Shown here piece by piece: positions 59,713 through 64,000 of a DNA stretch of 64,000 nucleotides. Positions within the stretch are counted from its first letter, which is position 1, and every line of letters begins with the position of its first letter. Position numbers and translations under genes: made by a program. Below the pieces are notes generated by a model. The model worked only from the letters and a program-made list of their open reading frames with translations. It did no database searches and was not told the DNA's origin. Location of the stretch: positions 24,986,001 to 25,050,000 of the forward strand of contig OX597832.1 in the NCBI GenBank assembly GCA_951406725.2. Reading direction: 5' to 3'. The DNA is from Octopus vulgaris (Eukaryota).

Positions 59713-59975
59713 TTAATGGCAGTGATGATGATGATGATGATGATAATAATAATAATTATTATTATTATTATAATTATAATAATCAGATTAAAAGTGATGA
59801 TGATGATGTTGATGATAATATTGATGATTATAAGAATGAGAATATGAATTTAAAAAAAAAAAAAATAATAATAATAATAATAATTAGAATTATAATAATT
59901 AGAATAATAATGATGATGATGATAATATTAATAATAATAAGAATGAAAATATGAATAATAATAATAATACTAATA

Positions 59976-60106
<131 letters not shown>

Positions 60107-60899
60107 GGCATTGAACAATTACAACACTGCCAAAAACAACAGCAACAACAACAGCAAATATGCGCCAAGTAATGAAAAACAATAATAACAAACTACCACA
60201 ACAATAATAGCAACAGACAACTAAAATATGAGAACAATAACTATAACTCTAACAACAACAACAATGATAACGGAGACAATGACAGCAACAAACGTAACGA
60301 CAAACCAACAACAATAACAACTGTTTGAAACAACACCAAATGCAATAACACGGTAACCATTGCTATCACCCCGACCACCCCCGACAACAAGAACAACAAC
60401 AACAACAGCAACAAGGCACCAGCGATAACAGCAGCAACAAGAACAGAAATAACAACAGTCACAACAACAACAACAACGACATCTAAAAGCAATAGCGTCT
60501 ACGCCACCGACAACAATATTAGCCTCGTCCCTACTAGCGCCACCACCGCCTCCAACAACAACAACAACAACAACGCAAATAACGCGTACGAACCCACACA
60601 ACAAAACACTACCACTGCCACCATCACGTCCACCGCCACCGACAACAACAACAACAACAACGGCTAACACGACAAAAGCAACGACAGCATCTGCCTACTC
60701 ACACGACAACAGCGCCACCATAAACAACAACAACAACAACATCAGCAACAATCGTAGAAAGATCTACAAGAACAGCAACAAGTGACAAACTTAAAACAGC
60801 GTGACAACAACAACAACAACCGTTACTTTTATCTTACAAATACTTGCAAAAACCAAACCGCCGCCAACACCAACACCACCACCACCACAACCACCCCCA

Positions 60900-60940
<41 letters not shown>

Positions 60941-62346
60941 AAGAAGCATTGCTGTCGTTGCTGCTGCTTTCCTCTTCTTACCGCTGCTGCTCAGCTATCA
61001 CTACCGTCTGTCATTACCTAAGTTGCTGCTGTTCGTGCTGCCGACGCTGTCGCTGCTGTGCTTGCTGTTGCTGCTTCTACTTTCACTTTCGTTATCTATC
61101 CATTCATTCATTCATAGAAGCTATTAAACTAACCACCACCACCACCACCAACCACCACCAACCACCACCAACCCCCACCACCATCACCATCATCATCACA
61201 TCCATTACCACAGTTCATAGACATCCTCCTCCCGTCACTTTCTCTCTCCTCTCACTTCTCCCCACTCTAATTCCCTACTCTGACCCTCCTCTCTTTTTCA
61301 CCTGATATTACAAATTACAGTGTCATATTTTGTTTTTGTATTTTCCCTCTTGCTTTTGTTTGTTTTTGTCCTTTTTTTTTACTATTCCAGTTTCACTCCT
61401 CCCATTCACTATATTTGTAGTATGAAACTAAACCCCACCCCCAAGCCTGCCTGCCAATCTATATTTACATACAGACACCATCCCCGTCTCTGTGTCTCTC
61501 TCTTTGTCACTCTCTTTCTCTATCTTACTTTTCTTCTATCTTTCAAGCCTCACTCACTCACTCATTTACTCACTCACTCACTCACTCACACACCACTCAC
61601 TCACTCACTCACTCACTCACTCCTACTATCTCTCATACACATCCACACACAAACTCAAACTTAATATCCCCCCTTTCTCCCCTTCTACATCCCTTTCCCC
61701 TCTCTTCGTCTTCAAATCTTCATCTTCTGTCTCCCTCTTTTTCTCTCCTCCTCTCTCTCTCTCTCTTCCTCGCCCCCTCTCTATATTTAGTGTTCACTGC
61801 ATGCGTGTGTACATGTGTATGTATGTACTGTATGAGTGTGCATATATTAAAACCATATCTATATTTATAACTACATATATACATATATATATATATACAT
61901 ATACATATATATGTATATATACGTGTGTCGGTTTATATGAATGACATCCGAGTGGAAAACAAGCCATAACAAGTCTTGGACGGCATTCAGTGAACATCCA
62001 GAAAAAATTATTGGTTGAAGTTGTTAAGTGTTACTTAAGAAAACCAAAAGCCTGAGTTACGGTCTGTGTTTTCATTCACACACTGTACGGGCAGGTGTGA
62101 GAGGTAAATCACTATTACACTACTATACAAGATACACAGCATCACCCATAACTATTATTCAATAACAACAACAACAACAGCAACAACAAAACACCCACAT
62201 AAGCAAAAACATCAGCAAAAGTAATTATAGTTTAATTCAAAACAAGTTCAAAGATCACGCACGCACAGACGCAAAAATACTTACACCATATACACGTACT
62301 TCATCAGTTATCGCTTACTTTTACGTACATAGGTACTTAACTATAC

Positions 62347-62972
62347 AAGCAAAACTAAACACGGTATATACATATAAATAAATATAAGCAAAACTAAACA
62401 CAGTATATACATATAAATAAATATAAGCAAAACTAAACACAGTATATACATATAAATATATACAAGCAAAACTAAACACAGTATATACATATAAATATAT
62501 ACAAGCAAAACTAAACACAGTATATACATATAAATAAATATAAGCAAAACTAAACACAGTATATACATATAAATAAATATAAGCAAAACTAAACACAGTA
62601 TATACATATAAATATATACAAGCAAAACTAAACACAGTATATACATATAAATATATACAAGCAAAACTAAACACAGTATATACATATAAATATATACAAG
62701 CAAAACTAAACACAGTATATACATATAAATATATATAAGCAAAACTAAACACAGTATATACATATAAATAAATATAAGCAAAACTAAACACAGTATATAC
62801 ATATAAATAAATATAAGCAAAACTAAACACAGTATATACATATAAATAACTATACAAGCAAAACTAAACACAGTATATACATATAAATATATATAAGCAA
62901 AACTAAACACAGTATATACATATAAATATATATAAGCAAAACTAAACACAGTATATACATATAAATATATAT
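62347..62972. repeat. 39-bp minisatellite, ~16 copies
   Basis: Unit aagcaaaactaaacacagtatatacatataaat(aaatat/atatac/atatat). Confidence 0.96.
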
Positions 62973-63463
62973 ATAAGTACATATAAATATCTATATATAT
63001 CTGTTTGGTATTCATTATAGGCAAAGCATACCTATACAATTACCTGTTCATTAAGAAATCGGAGAAATCCTGAACTTTAAGAAATTGGCGAATACAGAAC
63101 ATTATGGTACTTCAAAGAAATCGACTTCCCTTGATCCTCTTTACCCTTCTTGTACAAAGCTTGTAAGTTGAAAGAATTTATTTTATAGTTTGTTTTTTGC
63201 ATTTATCTAACGTTTTTTTTATATTTATGTGACGCTTAACTTAAATGTGGACCTTTGAAACTTTCGCGTGTTTATATATTGTATGTAAAGTACTAGCGAA
63301 CTTTTTGGACTTGATATCGCCTGTTGATATTCATTTCACGAAGTTTATAACTTTCTTAATGCCAACCAACTTCAAAACAATTTATTCTGTCCATCTCGCT
63401 CTGTTTCTCTGCTCTGTTTCTCTGCCTGTCTCAATATCTCACTATCTATATCTGTAAATGTCC

Positions 63464-63553
<90 letters not shown>

Positions 63554-63554
63554 A

Positions 63555-63613
<59 letters not shown>

Positions 63614-63626
63614 ATTTCTCTCTCTT

Positions 63627-63770
63627 TTTACGATCCCTTTTGACCGAAAACCTACCCACATTTTATTTTTTATTTTTATTTTTATTTTATTTTTTCTCCC
63701 CAAGAAGAAAAGCTCTACTTTGTAATTTGTCCCCTCTGTGTTCAGCCCTGTGTGGCTAATAAAGAGGCTT
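63627..63770 (+). mobile_element. LINE-like 3'UTR end in (TATC)n, sharing its tail with SINE-B
   Basis: tttgtcccctctgtgttcagccctgtgtggctaataaagag compared with the SINE-B tail tttgtcccctctgtgtttagccccttgtgggtagtaaagaa; upstream sequence is unrelated to SINE-B. Confidence 0.6.
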
Positions 63771-63786
63771 ATCTTCTATCTATCTG

Positions 63787-63855
<69 letters not shown>

Positions 63856-64000
63856 ATATCTATATATCTATTTATCCATCTATCATCTATCTATCTTTCT
63901 ACACACACACACGCACAACCAAACCTTTATAGTGTGTTCATATATTCTAGTATATGTACGCAACTATTCATATATATATGAATGTTTGTCAATATGTATA

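Noticed and set aside
62321-63039. Regular repeat array as CRISPR, or as a 13-aa repeat protein
   Set aside because: Units are contiguous with no unique spacers, there are no cas genes, and the context is eukaryotic; it is a minisatellite.

Overview
AT-rich, microsatellite-saturated animal genomic DNA. The repeat families look cephalopod (Octopus-like); this is recalled resemblance, not a database result. I found no intact protein-coding gene, rRNA, true tRNA or CRISPR array, and nearly all long ORFs in the track are translations of (TA)n, (GATA)n, (AAT)n or (GAT)n repeats. The window is intergenic or intronic and is a layered graveyard of mobile elements. It holds at least four tRNA-derived SINE families (labelled A-D here), decayed R4/Dong-type RLE LINE fragments, a Tx1/L1-like LINE 3' end, Penelope-like element (PLE) RT and GIY-YIG remnants, short PLE-type elements carrying minimal hammerhead ribozyme motifs, mariner remnants and three MITEs. 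Four observations stand out. (1) A near-perfect ~940-bp inverted duplication (39330-40265 / 42501-43442) is pasted into a PLE RT remnant. (2) Three distinct hammerhead-bearing short elements sit in microsatellites. (3) SINE-B forms head-less tandem arrays with a fixed junction, and a 184-bp 'giant TSD' suggests the mechanism. (4) Retroelement 3' ends pair consistently with specific microsatellites. All coordinates were read by eye and may be off by a few bases.
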